DNA from: Polymyxa betae A26-41
Lineage: Eukaryota > Protista > Endomyxa: Phytomyxea
Assembly: GCA_003693705.1 (NCBI GenBank)
Contig: RBZT01000198.1
Span: forward strand, 62,001-126,000
DNA: 64,000 nucleotides
Reading direction: 5' to 3'
Shown: positions 28,605 to 41,834 of the stretch, piece by piece
Layout of the letters: every line of letters starts with the position of its first letter
Numbering within the stretch: position 1 is the first letter of the stretch
Notes under the pieces: generated by a model
Told to the model about the DNA's origin: nothing
The model's input: the letters and a program-made list of their open reading frames with translations, nothing else
Database searches by the model: none
Program-made: the position numbers and the translations under genes

Positions 28605-28992
28605 GGTCCTCTTATAAATAATATAGACGAATAAATTGTAGTAATAAAAGATGATAGAGATGCGCAAAGGCCCTGCTCCACGGACTCCGTAATATTTCCA
28701 TTTATTTTCTTTTCAGATAAAATCCAAATCTCGTTATCGATAGGTAATTTACATACTGGCTAACCGCTAAGCAAACCTCACAATTCAATGAATTGACTAT
28801 AGGGGTAGGTTTGCCAAACAATGGACCAACCTTACCGAAGACACTCTAAACATGAATGTTGGATTGCATTCTCGTGAATCATTGGTCGCTGTCGACTATG
28901 ACAGAATCACCATAGAGTTCGTTATGATATTCTTATCCAGTATCAGGTAATAGTCATTCAAATTTGTGCGTAGTATAGTTGCAATATTTGTA

Positions 28993-29879
28993 CTCCCTCT
29001 GTCCGGTAATAAATGTCCGGTAGGAAAAAGATCCCGGGATTAAGGTCAATCTTTGCTTGAATCTTTCTATTTGGCGCTCAAATGAAAGGGTTTGGCCAGA
29101 GCTATCTGATGCAGAAATTTTCAGCTTCAGCCGAGCCTTGCTCGCTGAGATATTGTGCGTTGAACCTCGTCGATTTTAATTCATGTTTTGTAATCACCGG
29201 CCTCGTGAAATGAAGTTTCCAGGATTAGCTCCGACCATCCACGAATCGGGGAAAAGTCCCCAAAAACCTAATCTAACCGATTAGCAGAGTCCAGATGTGT
29301 ATGAGCAGTTGTTATCGCATCACAAGAATGGAAAACTCAAAATGGCACAATTGGAGATTTTATAAAATCTCTGTTCGTTTAAAAACTTTGAGCAATCTGG
29401 CAACACGACAACATCCAATCTCTGATGGGGTCACCCTAAGCTGTGGTATCTTCGAGGCGTAAGGGGAAATGTGCCCACAAGTCTAGCATGTTTGATCTAG
29501 AGGCAGTCAAAAAAGTGACGATGAATTCGAGACTAAACATCAGATCTCTGGGCTGCACAGATGAGTATTCCAACAAGCGCACTGGATGAACGTAGGCTGG
29601 ATTATATACCTATTTCTAACCTTGCAGCAGTGCCTGATGAGCGCAAAGGAAGTCGAAGACGGGAATATATGTAAAATCAAAAATTCGCCGAAAGATCAGC
29701 TCGACAGAGCCGACTCTCTGCCTCTGTCGATCTCGTGTGATCCTGTCCTGGTTGAAAATGTTAAACAAATTCTTTTAAATCAACAATAAACAGCATTTTT
29801 CAGCAATTATGGAACTGGACATTTATTTTCGGACAACGCATAATAACGGAATCGGACATTTATTACCGGACAGAGGGAG
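28993..29879 (+). mobile_element. Internally deleted DD39D-type mariner (Stowaway-like TIRs), non-autonomous
   Basis: Perfect 27-bp TIRs CTCCCTCTGTCCGGTAATAAATGTCCG (28993-29019 and 29853-29879) flanked by TA on both sides; decayed transposase N- and C-terminal remnants inside. Confidence 0.92.
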
Positions 29880-29951
29880 TAATAAACATGGAAAGATTGA
29901 CTTGTACATTGACAATTGCTTATTGGGTCTGGGCAATGTCCATTCATATTC

Positions 29952-31464
29952 ATGTCTGATCAACATCTTACCATAATCGTATATCGATCTCCATCTCTAA
30001 CTGCTGTTCCATTACATATTACACGTCAGACATTGATTGATGATCTGCTTGCTCTTCTAGGGCCAGATCCCAAACCAGATCGTCATTCATTGTATTCCAT
30101 AACTGATAATGATGTAAGACAGCTGAGTGAACGTCTAAATGGTGATCAGAGAGCATATCTTTATAATCATGTGTATTATGGACCTGATATAAGACCTCAA
30201 CAAGTTATGGATCTAGACTCTGCTAATAAGAAGATTGTATGAAACTCCCATGATACATGGATATGATATGTAATATATTCTATAGATAATGCTTGATCAA
30301 ACTGATACTGTACAAAACTTGGTATGAATATGCTCATTCTAACTCTCCATTACAATTAAATATTGACATACAGACTGGCATTATTGCTAAAAAATTTGAT
30401 ATTGATGATGCATCTGAGTTATCATTACAAAGATATCAACGATCTTCAAGTTACTCATTTCCTAGTTCATGGATAAATTTATGTTTATATTCTATCAGGT
30501 TCTCAACTGCAATGGTTACGTCCAGATCAACCTTTATATAATCAAATATCAACTCAACACGTGGTTATATTAAGAAAGAAATTCTTTCTATTAGATCAGT
30601 CATTAACAGCAGATAGATCAGCATTACTTCATTTCACATTCTTAGAAGTATTCGCTTACTGATTATTATCTTAGTTGTCTAATTATTGGCAGGCTCGGCA
30701 CTCGATTCTAACTGGTGTCTACGAGGCTAACTTCGATCAGACCGTTCAATTTGCAGCATTAATGATGCAAATCGCGTATGGTAATTATGATCCATTAATT
30801 CATGTAGCTGGATTCATGGAGTAATATATGATCTTTTCAAATAATAATGAGATCTATCTAATATCATTGTATATAGTGTTATGGAGTTCTTACCAGCACC
30901 ATATCGATCAAGTCCATTTATTGAAGAATATGTATACAGAGAACATCGTCGTTTAAAGAATGTCGATGCTAACACCTGCAAATTACGGTTTCTACGTCGA
31001 TGTTTTCAACTATCAACATATGGTGTCACATATGCTGAGGCTCGAGTAATCAATCTTCCAACTCCATTTGGCTATTTTTTAATTGAAGTTTCACATAACA
31101 GGAACAATCATCAGACGATGCATACTCGAGTGATATCCTGCTTGGAGCCAATTGTAATTTCGTTTTAATTCTGAATCGATCCAATAAGGAGGTATTTGGA
31201 CGTCATCTTCTGGTGGAGATTAATGGCACTGAATTATCTGGCAATCGTTTAACATTGCGATTGAAAGGTCGTGATAGACATTTTTATTTCGAATCTGATC
31301 AGGATGCCATATTGCTTCATGATCTGATAGCTGGTTATACATCATTCCAAAGAACTCGACGAGAGCAGACCAATCTGGCAACATTTGCTGTGAATGCATC
31401 ATTGATTGTACCAAAAAATGTTTCATGTCAAGATCTCTCTAATATGGCTGATTGCTCAATCTAA
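29952..31464 (+). CDS. Talin-head-like FERM domain protein, spliced
   Basis: ILRKKFFLLDQ, FLEARHSILTG, QFAALMMQIAYGNYDP..HVAGFM, EFLPAPY and FQLSTYGVTY match FERM F1-F3 motifs. Confidence 0.8.
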
Positions 31465-32816
31465 CAGAATAGTATACGTCTATCATCATTGATAATGAAA
31501 GAATTCCATTCGTCATGATCTGGGACTTGTACTTTAATTAATCCAGAAATTGAACTGATACTTTTACATTTGAATATCTGGCTGATTGCCAGAACACGTC
31601 TCAGACCTTGATTATCGTGTAATCCCTTAATATCACATTCACGTATCCACTCATGCAATAATTGCATTTCGTTCTGTAGCCAATCCTTTCCTGTAGCTTT
31701 CTTTAGATGCGACTTGACCTCTACCAATCTCTCCAGAAGTGAACATGAAATCACGTCCAACATTTCATTCATGATTAAGGATATTGTTGATATTTGCTTG
31801 GTCCTGCACACTATTTCTACTGGTTGTATAATTGATTCGATAATTTTTGGCATGAATGTAACCTGCTTCTTCACCACGTTCTTTTGGATTACTTGACTGA
31901 GAACTTGAACAGATTCACTTTGAAATATGACAGATATTGAGTCGACTAGATGGGCTAAAGTCAATCGAAAATACCAAATAATCTGTCGTATTGATTGTTG
32001 TGATTTATCAGCATTATCAACAGAGCTGATGATTATCTGAATCTCATCACATGCATCAATTAACATTTGTAAATGATCTTTTGATCTGATATGCGACATT
32101 GTCCAGAAATGATGTAAAAGATATCGATAGATGGATATAGAAATATGTTTGCCAGTACAATCTCTCAGGTATTGGATCAGATTTAAAGCTTCATATCGAG
32201 TTATTTCAGGTATGAATCTTGTACCAATTCGTTGTAGATCTAATCGCATCTCATGTTTCTGGTCTATTCGAATATTGAAATCCAGATTACATCCAGTATA
32301 GCATGATAATCTCCAAATCCAATCTCGGCATTGATTGTATAATCGCATGTCTATCATATCATTAAATGACGATATCTGCTTAATCAATACAACTTTGATC
32401 AGCTCTATCTGCTTCTGAATTCTCTCTCCAAACTGTCGCTCTATCCAGGCAGTACTGATTCCTTGATCAAATTTCACGAAACTTTTCTCGATTATGGTCT
32501 GAATTCGAGCAAATGCAGTTGAAAGTTGATCGAGTTCGATAAGCTGTCGGCATGCTTCTAGTTCATGACACAGTTCATTGATCATTGAATCTCGTCGAGT
32601 CTGTTCTGTCCGCTTCCATTCCTGATCAATCTCTTCACCATACAGCTGAATATGATTATTATCCTGAATCAAGTTATGAGGGAACAGCTCTTTAGCAATA
32701 CGATAGGAAGCTCGATTGATGGCGATAAAACGTTGACGCTTGAATATCTGCTGATCTGTGTCATAACAGTGAATGGGAATTGATTGTAGATGTCTCTCCA
32801 CTAATGATATAGACAT
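31461..32816 (-). CDS. Intronless alpha-helical hypothetical protein (451 aa)
   Basis: Long uninterrupted ORF; no confident family. Confidence 0.7.
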   Translation of the reverse strand: MSISLVERHLQSIPIHCYDTDQQIFKRQRFIAINRASYRIAKELFPHNLIQDNNHIQLYGEEIDQEWKRTEQTRRDSMINELCHELEACRQLIELDQLSTAFARIQTIIEKSFVKFDQGISTAWIERQFGERIQKQIELIKVVLIKQISSFNDMIDMRLYNQCRDWIWRLSCYTGCNLDFNIRIDQKHEMRLDLQRIGTRFIPEITRYEALNLIQYLRDCTGKHISISIYRYLLHHFWTMSHIRSKDHLQMLIDACDEIQIIISSVDNADKSQQSIRQIIWYFRLTLAHLVDSISVIFQSESVQVLSQVIQKNVVKKQVTFMPKIIESIIQPVEIVCRTKQISTISLIMNEMLDVISCSLLERLVEVKSHLKKATGKDWLQNEMQLLHEWIRECDIKGLHDNQGLRRVLAISQIFKCKSISSISGLIKVQVPDHDEWNSFIINDDRRILFC

Positions 32817-32876
32817 ATCTCACTATATTACTCATACGCTATGATCAATTCAGGTACAATTCCACATTAATTATAT

Positions 32877-35800
32877 TCATATATCATTAGTATCGCCACT
32901 ATTTAGGATCGCCTCTCGATAAGAATACTGTTTTACCGGATCAGGAGTAAAATCTTCCAGTTTGAAATCGGCAGAAGAAATGGCTGGCTTCTGAGACCCT
33001 TGAGGAGGATTCTGACATGGAACAATATCTGACTGGTGTGTGCCATGATTCTTGATAGGATCTGATACACGATAGATAGAGCTAGGCTGAATCTGGATTT
33101 CACACATTGGACATATGCCTTGAGTAGATACGTATGATATCAATGATTGATATAATGCTGGAAATCGACATGATGGACATTCTGACCACTGACTCAATAC
33201 CATATGTTTGCCCTAAATGCAATATTCAATGATAATATTATATGCAATATAAATATATAATACAGTTACTGAACAGAATGCTATACTATTCTTACAGTAT
33301 ACACAATCAAGTACTGTATCAGGAATTAAATTCGAACAGTATGGACATGGAGATGTCTCTTCTTCTTCCTCATCTTGAACACGTCTCCTGTTTAATCAAT
33401 CCATATCAGTCATGGATTCATTTCCATTCGTACCATAACCCAACCTCACTATATCCTCAATCTTTCGTTTAACTTTGGCATTCAACAATTGACGATATTC
33501 AGGTCGCATCAGCATTGCAGCGAACTCATACGCGGATTTCCTCATGCCTGAAAATTCTCCAATCAAGCTTCTACAAAAACCAGGACAGAATACATAAATT
33601 ACCAGCTCGAACACATTCAATAACGGCAGATGTTAAAATTGGTACAACATGCTCTCCAAATTTACTGATGTTCTTAGCCACTCTGATCAACATACGAGCA
33701 GCACCCTGATGATTCTCAGATTGAACCAGATACTTGCAGCAAGATTCAGTTTCAGTAATAGAGCTGATAGGATTGATACCTTAACGAGTACATAGCTATG
33801 AAGTAGAACCAGACTACGATTTAGCTCGTCTGGAACAGGAAGCCCACGAGTCCTCAATTCCCTCTCTGAAAACACCAACATCCAGTGTGCTGATTTATAT
33901 CGCCCTTGTCTCTGCTCTTCTTCTGACATTATAATCGCCATCTTCCCAGCTCGATTCCAATCCTCCAAAGCAATTAGCAACTGCAGGACATGTCTTGGAT
34001 CTCGACTTCTTCCATCAGTCTCACCCAGAAGACAACGTTCAATCATAGTCACTAATTCATTTCTATCTGGATCTTCTTTTGTCTTTCGGATGACATCAAT
34101 AGCCATCTCGATAGCGTTATCATCGCCTAACAGGAATAACCGCACTGCTCGCTGATATTGTCGTAATTGCAGATAGCAATTCGCCGCTTTGGTCATCTCC
34201 TTTCTATTCTCATAATATGATGCTATTCTATGATATTGCTCAGGGGTTCCATGATCAGCAAGATAGGATAGATAGAGATCCATACGATCAGACTGTTCAG
34301 CTAGCTGAAAAGCTTCTGATGATCTCTGTGAAAGCATCAGGAATTCTATTGCAGAATCATAATCGCGGTTCTGTTTGCAGAATTCGGCAATGAGATCAGC
34401 TCCTTCTGCACATCGAGTCTGTCTAACAATAGAGAAGGCTTTGGATGGATCAAGATGCTCGAGATTTAAACGAACCACAGATGTGACATCTTCTGCAATT
34501 TCATAGGCGCTCTCTGCTTCAGCAAAGTCACCCTGCTTCTCTTTAGCTTTAGCATACAGAGCGTGAAGCTTGGGAGTGCTGATGAGTTTCATGAAGGGAC
34601 CAGCCTCTTTGTAATTCTTTGTATAGATATAGATTGAAGCGGCTTTCTCATAAGCTTGACAGCGAGCATATAAATCAGCTGCATCTAGATACTGTTTATC
34701 ATTCTCCAGTACAGATGCACATTCTCTCATCAGATTCGGATCCCCCAGAGCAGAGATTATTTGTCGTCCCTTGGCTACATCACCTAGATGCATGGCAATA
34801 CGTGCAAGACCCTGCAGACGTTTTTCATCATTCTGTCTCCCTCAACAATCGTTAGCCCTACCTTCTGGCACTTTTTCCAAATATCATCATGAACATTGGG
34901 TAACGTTTCAACAGCACGCTGATACATATTGCCAGCTTGATCATAGAAACCTTTCAGTTCAAGTTGAGCAGCATGTTCAAGACAAATGATTGGTATCTGA
35001 GACGAATCCAGATTTTGTGTTAAACGGTAGGCGCGATCCCATTGCAGCAGGTCTCTTCGCATATCTAGCGCTAATTTGGGCCGATTTGATAACAGAAACG
35101 CTTTCTCGGCGTCATCATATTGATTCTGTAGCAGAAATATGTGACCTGACAGGAGATTGAGTTCCTCCATGTACTGGATCTTCTCTAATTCAATAACTTT
35201 GCTGACGTAGCCCAAATATCTGCATACACTTATGGCCAAGCTGATATCCATCAGAGCGAGCGCCTTTGACAGTAGCGGTTTCATAACAAGATCCAGATTG
35301 TTATCAAAAGCTATTCGCCAAGCTTCATACAAACGCCCTAGCTGAATATACTGCATAGAAGCGGCAACAAGTCGATCTGGTGATACTTTCACGCCGGCCG
35401 TGATAAGTTCATGAGAAGCAAGGATACATGAGCTTAATTTACTGGGATCAGAAGCTCGTAATCCATAGACACAGCCGTTATCAAGTGCTACTGAAAAAAA
35501 GGCAGCAGGTAGTGCTGTCTTCTCAACAAGCGAAACAAAGTCGCCGGTAAGGCTTTGTGGTGTGTAAACGAATGTTGTTACAGAGTGCTCATCACGATTA
35601 CTAACAGCTATAAAAACAGTTGATGACGACGACAGATCCCAAAGTACTGAGCGTGTCCCGACAGGAAATCCTAAAGCAAAGTTTCAAACTGATGCTCTAC
35701 TAGCCAACTTTGCATATTACGTACCGGTTATTTCAGTTTTTTGACGTTTACTGGGACATAGTAAAAATGCATTACCAGAGTCGTCAATCACAACAGATCG

Positions 35801-37540
35801 AGTTCCTGTCGGACTTGGAAATACAGAGCGTAAGCCTTGATTGTGACGAAACTCATCAATTTGCTTATACACAGGAGACATGCTTCGATCCACAAGACAG
35901 TGGCGAATGCATCCATTGCTATCGCCGTATATAAGGAACCGGTCGATTAAGCCCATGGTAGTAATATTATTATCTCCAGACTCAGGCAATGTTTGTGAGC
36001 CTTCATGAACTTCACTGTCCTCAACAGCAACAAGTTGAATCTGCCCGTTTACGGTCAGAATGGCACAGTGAGTTTCGTTCAGCGCGATCGACTTGATAGA
36101 ACCAATAGAATCAATCGTTCGAACCAGCTCTTTATCTTCCATACGATAAATCCAAACGCGATTGTTCATACCAGCAGCAATCTAAGCAGACGTGGTGTTA
36201 GGATTGAGCTTAAAGCGGTATTCCTAACCTACATATAAGTCTCCAACTGCCATAAATCCTGGTTCGATATCCAGTGACAGAGTCTTTTTATTTTTTTCGT
36301 CATCTTGAAGGTCTTTTACATAGGTGAGCTCTCGTAATGAGGACAAGAACACAGGAATCCCTTTATAGCATGCCCCCATTGGCGGAATAGAAATAAGAAA
36401 ACTTGAAACCATTCCTGCAGTAGTGGAGACCTAGAACCAATGGGCCCCAAAATAGTGTGAATTCAGAATCATTAAACATACTGTGAGTATTTGCCCATCA
36501 CTTGTCCAATCTAATGCTTTAGGTGCACCTTTCAGCTGATCCTTATCCACAGTCGCCAATTTCAATTCTCTCCAATCAGATAAATCAACAACTCGAACTC
36601 CATCATATGCACATGTGGCGAACATATTTCCTGTCAGGGTCACAGACATGGCACTCATTGGTTCGTCGTGTAGCTTTAGACAATGCAACTCTTCACCAAT
36701 CTCTTTCATATGCGTCGATATGACCACAACGAAACCATTTGAAAATGAACATAACAAGTATCCGTCTCCATACCAAGCATAATCAATAATCTCCCCATAC
36801 TTGGATTGGAAAGCCAGTTCAACCGGATTCAAGGTATCATCCAAATCGAACATGAATACTGTCTTTCTTTCCATATTCATGGACAAAGTCGAATCCCGAT
36901 CTTTTTTTCTCTCTTCATTTTTCTTGTCTGAGAACCGCATAGATATCGGCAGTGACCTGAGGGCGGTTTCGTGAAGAGTGACACCTTCTGTATCACTTAT
37001 CGTCACAACCTTATCGGTTGAGCACAACGCTAACTTGTTTTGTAGACTCCATGCACCACAAACAATCTTCTTGCTGTGCTTCCCGACAATTGGAACCTTC
37101 CTTTTAGTTTTTGAGTTGTACATGAGAAGATTTCCTTGATTTGTAGCAACTGCCAGTTGAGGACCAACTTTTGACCACAGCATCATGCAGGGATCTTTTA
37201 AGTTCGTATTAAGCTCGCTTTTGCTCTTTGATCGACGATTCCAAATAGTGATTTTGCTGTTTCCTTCCTGAAGGATCCCCAGCTGCTCCCCTTCATAATC
37301 CCAGGCAATCGATAGACATTGCCTGCACGAAATTAAATCCATTCAATTTGTAACCTCAATTGCCTACCCGCTTTCAGTAAGTTGAAACTGATCATATTCT
37401 TCTCCAGTTCTGTTCCATATCAAAACCCTTAGATTTACTCCACATGAAGCTAAGACGGTCCCAGCTGGATCCCAAGCAACAGCTACATTGCCAAACCCAT
37501 GAACGTCTTCACCTCGACTGAATAGCAGCCGAGCAGGCAT
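32877..37540 (-). CDS. IFT144: Intraflagellar transport protein IFT144/WDR19, spliced
   Basis: WD40 N-terminus ([23 protein letters not shown]), TPR region ([21 protein letters not shown]) and C-terminal zinc-binding Cys clusters ([12 protein letters not shown]). Confidence 0.94.
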
Positions 37541-37920
37541 CGCTAGCCCACATACAACAGCAGAGTATATTCAGGATTCAATTCTATGACTACATGCCCT
37601 ACATATACTGTCATCAGCGCCCTCCATTTCAATGAGATATTACTGTGCATAGTGACAATTAACAAGAGCATCAAAGATGGAAACCAAGCAGAGAGGAAAA
37701 GTGAAGAGTTAGAAGAGATCGATAACAATAACTTAGGAAGTGGTGAGTATTAGGATGGAATCGATTGTTTAAGTAAGCACATATACATAGTGGGTCCCTC
37801 TGTGATTTATACAAGATGAAATGTGTTTATGTGACACGCAGCCCTGTTATCGTCGTGGCCATGATGACCTTTACTAGATTTTATGAACTCGATCCATATA
37901 GGCACAACCTTTGAACATAT

Positions 37921-39517
37921 ATGGGAGCATGCAATAGTGCTCAGACGTTAGCCAATAATCCTTCTGCTGCGCTCAGCTCTGTTCCGCAGGACTTCCTACG
38001 ACCCAGTCTGAACAGAAAGTCTTATACTGTACGTTCACCAGCTAATTACCCTGAGCGCACAAGATTCTCCTGCTCTTCAAGCAATGTATCGAGAAGTGAT
38101 GCGAATGAATTTGGGAGAAAGAGACAGAATAGCATCACCGTCGCCGCCAGAGCAGACATCCGACGGACTCCTATTTCAACGCTCGTCACTTCTCAGTCCC
38201 ATACAGATGGCAATTCTCTGTGCCTTTCAGAAAAGATTTCATCGATTACGTCTCAATCAGAAGCTATCAATTCAATTTCTATTTGCACGGAACCCTCACC
38301 TACATGCTCTGATGTGATCTCGTCCAGCGAAATCACCGTTCAGCTCGTCTCACGCGAAACTGAAACACCTGGCGTAGCATTGATAGCAAGAGGTTCCGGT
38401 GCTGTTCAACCAACGGCAAGGGAGCGTCTCTTTGGAACCTTCGAGCACCGCAGCCCAGATTTCAAAGCATTCTGTAAGAACCTGTGAAGTCCTTAAACAA
38501 CCAAATCTCATATTCACAGATTCTAGACCAGATGCTTTTCGATATGAAAATTCTCCATTTTTTAGGACTGTTGCTAAACACTTTCACCCTAATATGGAGT
38601 CAGGCACTCTTGAAGGGACGATATATAAAAAGAGGGAATTCGTTCTGCAATCGAGTGATGTCCAAGTACCAGAAGGTTTGTTACTAACAAACCAGCACAA
38701 TTACTGAATAAAGGTCTGTTCAGGTGACTGTGAAAACCAATGGCTTGGTAAACATGGTAAGCAATGACCTTAAATTGCATCCAGCAACTGACACTTCGTC
38801 CTAATTAAGTTGTGCATTTCTACAATTCGATTTCTATATTCTATCATCGAATAAGTCGCCTCTGTACAACCGAAACATGTCCTAAGATGCATGCAGGATC
38901 GCAAGTTGAGTTTCGCTGGCAAAATGAGAAAGGACAAATCAGAACGGTGATTTCGATTTCTAATTTACAGATCAAGCCTGAATTCGATCTAGGTTTCTGC
39001 TCCAAAATACGTTAAACTGTTGTTTACTTGGATAGACAAACAAATATCAGATTCAAATATATTCCCGTTCCCTGAATCGAGAGGTAGTCAAAATAAGGAA
39101 CATACATCATCTCCTTCCGAAAATGAAGAACGGCCAGTATCGTCTGCTATCAATCAAATCGTGTTTCCAGATGAATTCCGAACTATAACAGCAAACATCT
39201 TAAGGGTAATGTCATAACGGTTGAAATATTTTATCCCAGCTGACGACCCTATAAGAAACTATGGCGAGTAATTGCTCATTTATATTATGGCCATTTCAAA
39301 AGAATCAGACTAATTGGGCTTGAAGATGAGGTCACTCACTATATTGATGTCCTCAGTCTCAATGAATTGATTTATGACACAGTTAAATTTCAGATTCTAT
39401 CATTTGGCATTCTTTGCTTTAGAGTTTGATTTGCTGCCAACAACAGAACTTCGTCCGCTAAGATCTCTAATCGTCATGCGCTTACCAGAACACTTAACGT
39501 CTGGTATTCCATGGTGA
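37921..39517 (+). CDS. MOB kinase activator family protein with long N-terminal extension
   Basis: HFYNSISIFY, CTTETCPKMHAG..EFRW, SAPKY..LFTWI..QI.D..IFP, RVIAHLYYGHF and FALEFDLL; N-terminus MGACNS. Confidence 0.85.
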
Positions 39518-39887
39518 ATGGAATTATTATGCAGCGCATCGTTAACCGTATATGCGATTCAAATCCATCTCGATCTTGGAGAGGAATACTAACGTAGTCA
39601 CACTACAGCTACAGATTAAAACTCGCAGTAAGGCAGTTGCGCTCACAAATTCAGTCACCTTGAAAGGAATAAAAAAAACCGAACATTCTCTTTCTTCAAA
39701 TTACTCCAAACCTTGTAGAGTGTACTATGGAAGCTGATAATACAACGATGCAAGTGCCAAAAATTTTGCAGCGATCGGTTCCTAAAACTCAATTTGCAAT
39801 CAACGTTTGACAATCATTTGGGACTTCTAGATAATCAGAGTGTCGTTATGTAAAGTTTATTGTACTAATAGCTATAGCTGCACGCGT

Positions 39888-41739
39888 TTAATATCGCTCG
39901 TAGACTAACAGGTATGCTTGCTGTGTCAAGACTGATTTGCTGGATGTAGGAGAACAATGTGAGTCACTAAAGTATAACCATTCAGGATGATCTTCAGTAT
40001 TTCGTCTATACGAAATGTAATGACCCCCTGCAAGACCTCCTTGGTGTACAACACAAGCAGATAACGAATATTTCAAGTCGCCATCTTCCGGAAATCTCAT
40101 AAACTCGTTTAAGCAAAGATCCAGCGGAAACTAAAAACTCAGTTTAGACATATCAACCGGGAATTAACAAGATATCAGCATACATGAATACGTTTGTTTT
40201 GTTTGCTAAAGCGACGCCCTTCAGACTGAAAACGTTTTAGGTGTAAAACAAGTACCTGAGGAGCTTTTTTGATAGAATATTTCTTACTGCAGCTGCTATG
40301 TTGACCGCATCGACTGCAATCATAAGCATCAGGGCCTTCAAGAACTTCAGCTGTGAAGAATGCCTTAAGACAATCTAATATCGAACATTCTCCAGCTAGT
40401 GATCCCACGGCATTTCTGAACAGGGTCTGGAGATACTGTTTCTCTTCAACTTCAGAGCAGGCCGGTATTATTGTCACCATCACACAACCATCCTCGTCTA
40501 CATCGAGACTAATATGGATTGGTTTTGGACTAACAGCTCGTGAGTATTTAGCTGGCCTTTTCTTTCGGACCTGAAAATGAGGATCGATGGGAAGTGAAAG
40601 ATCATAATAAGGCTCAACAATTTCTGAAATTTGATGACACCTCAAGCAGGTAATCTGAGAGTGAAGAAGCCCTCCAAATATATCGTCAACTAATGATATA
40701 ACTGGTTGCGACTGTGATTGCATTAGATTGCAGAATTGAGATGATCCATTATAGAGATCTTTAACCGATTGCTCAAATGCAAGTCGCTGATAGTCTGCCA
40801 GCAATTCCATGAACGGTTTGAATGGATAATCAATAAGCAGAGAAGATAGGTCGAATGGCATATCTTCAAGAGCCTGGACTTCCAGATCTGGAACAGAATT
40901 CAATAAAAATGTTCTGATGACATTTTCAGGCCAAGCCTTCCAGCAATTGTTCGAAATTTGTTGACGCTCATCAATATACTCTTCGTATAGAGAAGACAAC
41001 AGACATCTTAAGAGCTCGTGCGAATCCTGTTGTTGTTTGCCTTGAAATCTCTTGTGCTTCTTTGCGATGGCTTTCAGAAACTGGCCAGGATGAACAGCAG
41101 AGAGTTCAGACTTGGACATGAGATTCTCAGCAAGAATGCGAAATTCTCGATGCGTCTGATGGTGAGCTAAAAAATTTGGAGAACCAAAACGCTCCTGCAG
41201 CGGCCTATAATCAAGCTGAGAAGATTTGAACCAGATCGCAAGCTTAAGATCGTTTACCTTAATGTAGATATAGCTTGCATTAATGCTGCAAGATAGCATG
41301 TGTTACCAATATTCTGTATTCCACGTCCATAAAGATTATGAGTCGGTTGTCTTACTGCAACTTTGCCATTAGTGTGGCTATCAGAAGAATGTTCATTAAC
41401 CACATTAGGAGCCGACCGACATGATAAATTCTTCAGCTTTCTCTTGAGGTCTGCTTTAAAGGAGCATTTATCAAAAGATATCTCTAAAGAGCAAACATGA
41501 CAAATGAAAATCTTGAGGTTTACAGAAAAAGAGAGGACGTGGTTATTGGTGGAGGAGTGAGATCCAGCATGATCTTGATGAGAAGGGCCACAACGAGCAT
41601 GAAAGCAGGACAAACAAATTATCAAGTCCTTTTGGGGTTCCTTACAATCTACACAAAGTTTGAGACATTTTTTGGGAATACCGGTAGCTCCTTGCTGCAT
41701 GAATTGAACCAGATGATGACACTGCTTCCCTGCACCCAT
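39888..41739 (-). CDS. Ubiquitin-specific protease with zf-UBP (USP16/45-like)
   Basis: zf-UBP (CLSCFHARCG...HA..H), Cys box GIQNIGNTCY, QQDSHELL and His box VVHQGGLAGGHYISY. Confidence 0.88.
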
Positions 41740-41834
41740 TAATGTTGAACATTGAAATCCTTTGACCGATCCGCATTTTTACCTGGTGTGATGAATTGAT
41801 GATGTATTGTTGTAGTGTAACATTGCTATAAATA

